Virus record (IMG/VR): IMGVR_UViG_3300020440_000014
Location: 1 to 64,000 of that record
Reading direction: 5' to 3' (one strand)
Source of the DNA: a virus
Lineage: Duplodnaviria; Caudoviricetes
DNA: 64,000 nucleotides
This document shows, in pieces, positions 63,547 through 64,000 of the stretch (positions within the stretch are counted from its first letter, which is position 1; each line of letters begins with the position of its first letter). Under the pieces are notes generated by a model. That model saw only the letters and a list, made by a program, of their open reading frames with translations. It made no database searches and had not been told where the DNA came from. The position numbers and the translations under genes are program-made.

Positions 63547-64000
63547 TACCTAGTAAATACGAAGTCATCAAAATGACAACTGGTTCAGAGATAGTGGGTA
63601 TGACAAGAGACCTAGGTGACAATCTAGAAATAACATTACCAATGATATGTCATTTATCTATCATTCCAGGTTCTGTTAAGACACAGGTAATATTTTATCC
63701 CTATAGTCCTCTTTCAGAAGAAGAAAAGATAGTTATGCCAAAAACTTCAGTTATGCATAGAACTAGTATGAATGAGCAATTCATTCCTCACTATGATAAT
63801 GCTAGTTCATTATGGATGAAAATGATAGAAAATAAATCAATACCTATCGGTGATGAAAAATCAGTTAGAAAAGATTTAGATACAAGAATCAAAAGAGCTA
63901 TGGATAGATTGATGACACAATCTAGAATAGAGTCAGAAATGGATTATGATGATTATATCTTAGAAGACATGGGTTTAGATAGTCAAGGTTTCGATGTTAG
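63525..64000 (+). CDS. Conserved protein downstream of UvsW (Sm-like N-terminus), truncated by window end
   Basis: Hand translation: MATAKDLIPSKYEVIKMTTGSEIVGM...; frame open to nt 64000. Confidence 0.65.
   Translation, partial: MATAKDLIPSKYEVIKMTTGSEIVGMTRDLGDNLEITLPMICHLSIIPGSVKTQVIFYPYSPLSEEEKIVMPKTSVMHRTSMNEQFIPHYDNASSLWMKMIENKSIPIGDEKSVRKDLDTRIKRAMDRLMTQSRIESEMDYDDYILEDMGLDSQGFDV

Noticed and set aside
1-64000. Stop-codon reassignment
   Set aside because: Core genes translate full length in the standard code, and TAA, TAG and TGA all end genes

Overview
AT-rich segment of a T4-like myovirus genome, resembling marine cyano/pelagi-myophages but with no photosynthesis genes in this window. 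The host is unknown. It runs from replication genes (gp59, gp32) through a phage ribosomal protein bS21, a minus-strand tail-assembly block (gp4, gp2, tube-like protein, gp26/gp51, tape-measure-like), the baseplate genes, a long accessory fibre island (about 28.9-46.2 kb), neck/terminase/tail/head genes (gp13-gp23), gp3, UvsY and UvsW. Main observations: (1) four Pro/Gln/Tyr/Arg-rich repeat proteins in two parallel fibre-associated modules, the second followed by a glycosyltransferase, a fibre chaperone-like gene and 2OG-Fe(II) oxygenases, suggesting a virion-protein modification system; (2) a compact methyltransferase carrying the PRMT signature motifs inserted between the two terminase genes; (3) three paralogues of an unnamed ParB/Srx-like 'H[PA]G' domain linking a kdsB/HAD cassette to the fibre island; (4) a probable -1 frameshift fusing gp26 to gp51, like lambda G/GT; (5) several structured RNAs, including a glutamine (glnA-type) riboswitch before a YRG peptide, a gene-32-type pseudoknot, a 4-5 hairpin element between gp32 and an apparently leaderless bS21 gene, and a three-hairpin AGUGA array. 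Family calls come from motif recognition by eye. No database search or folding program was run.
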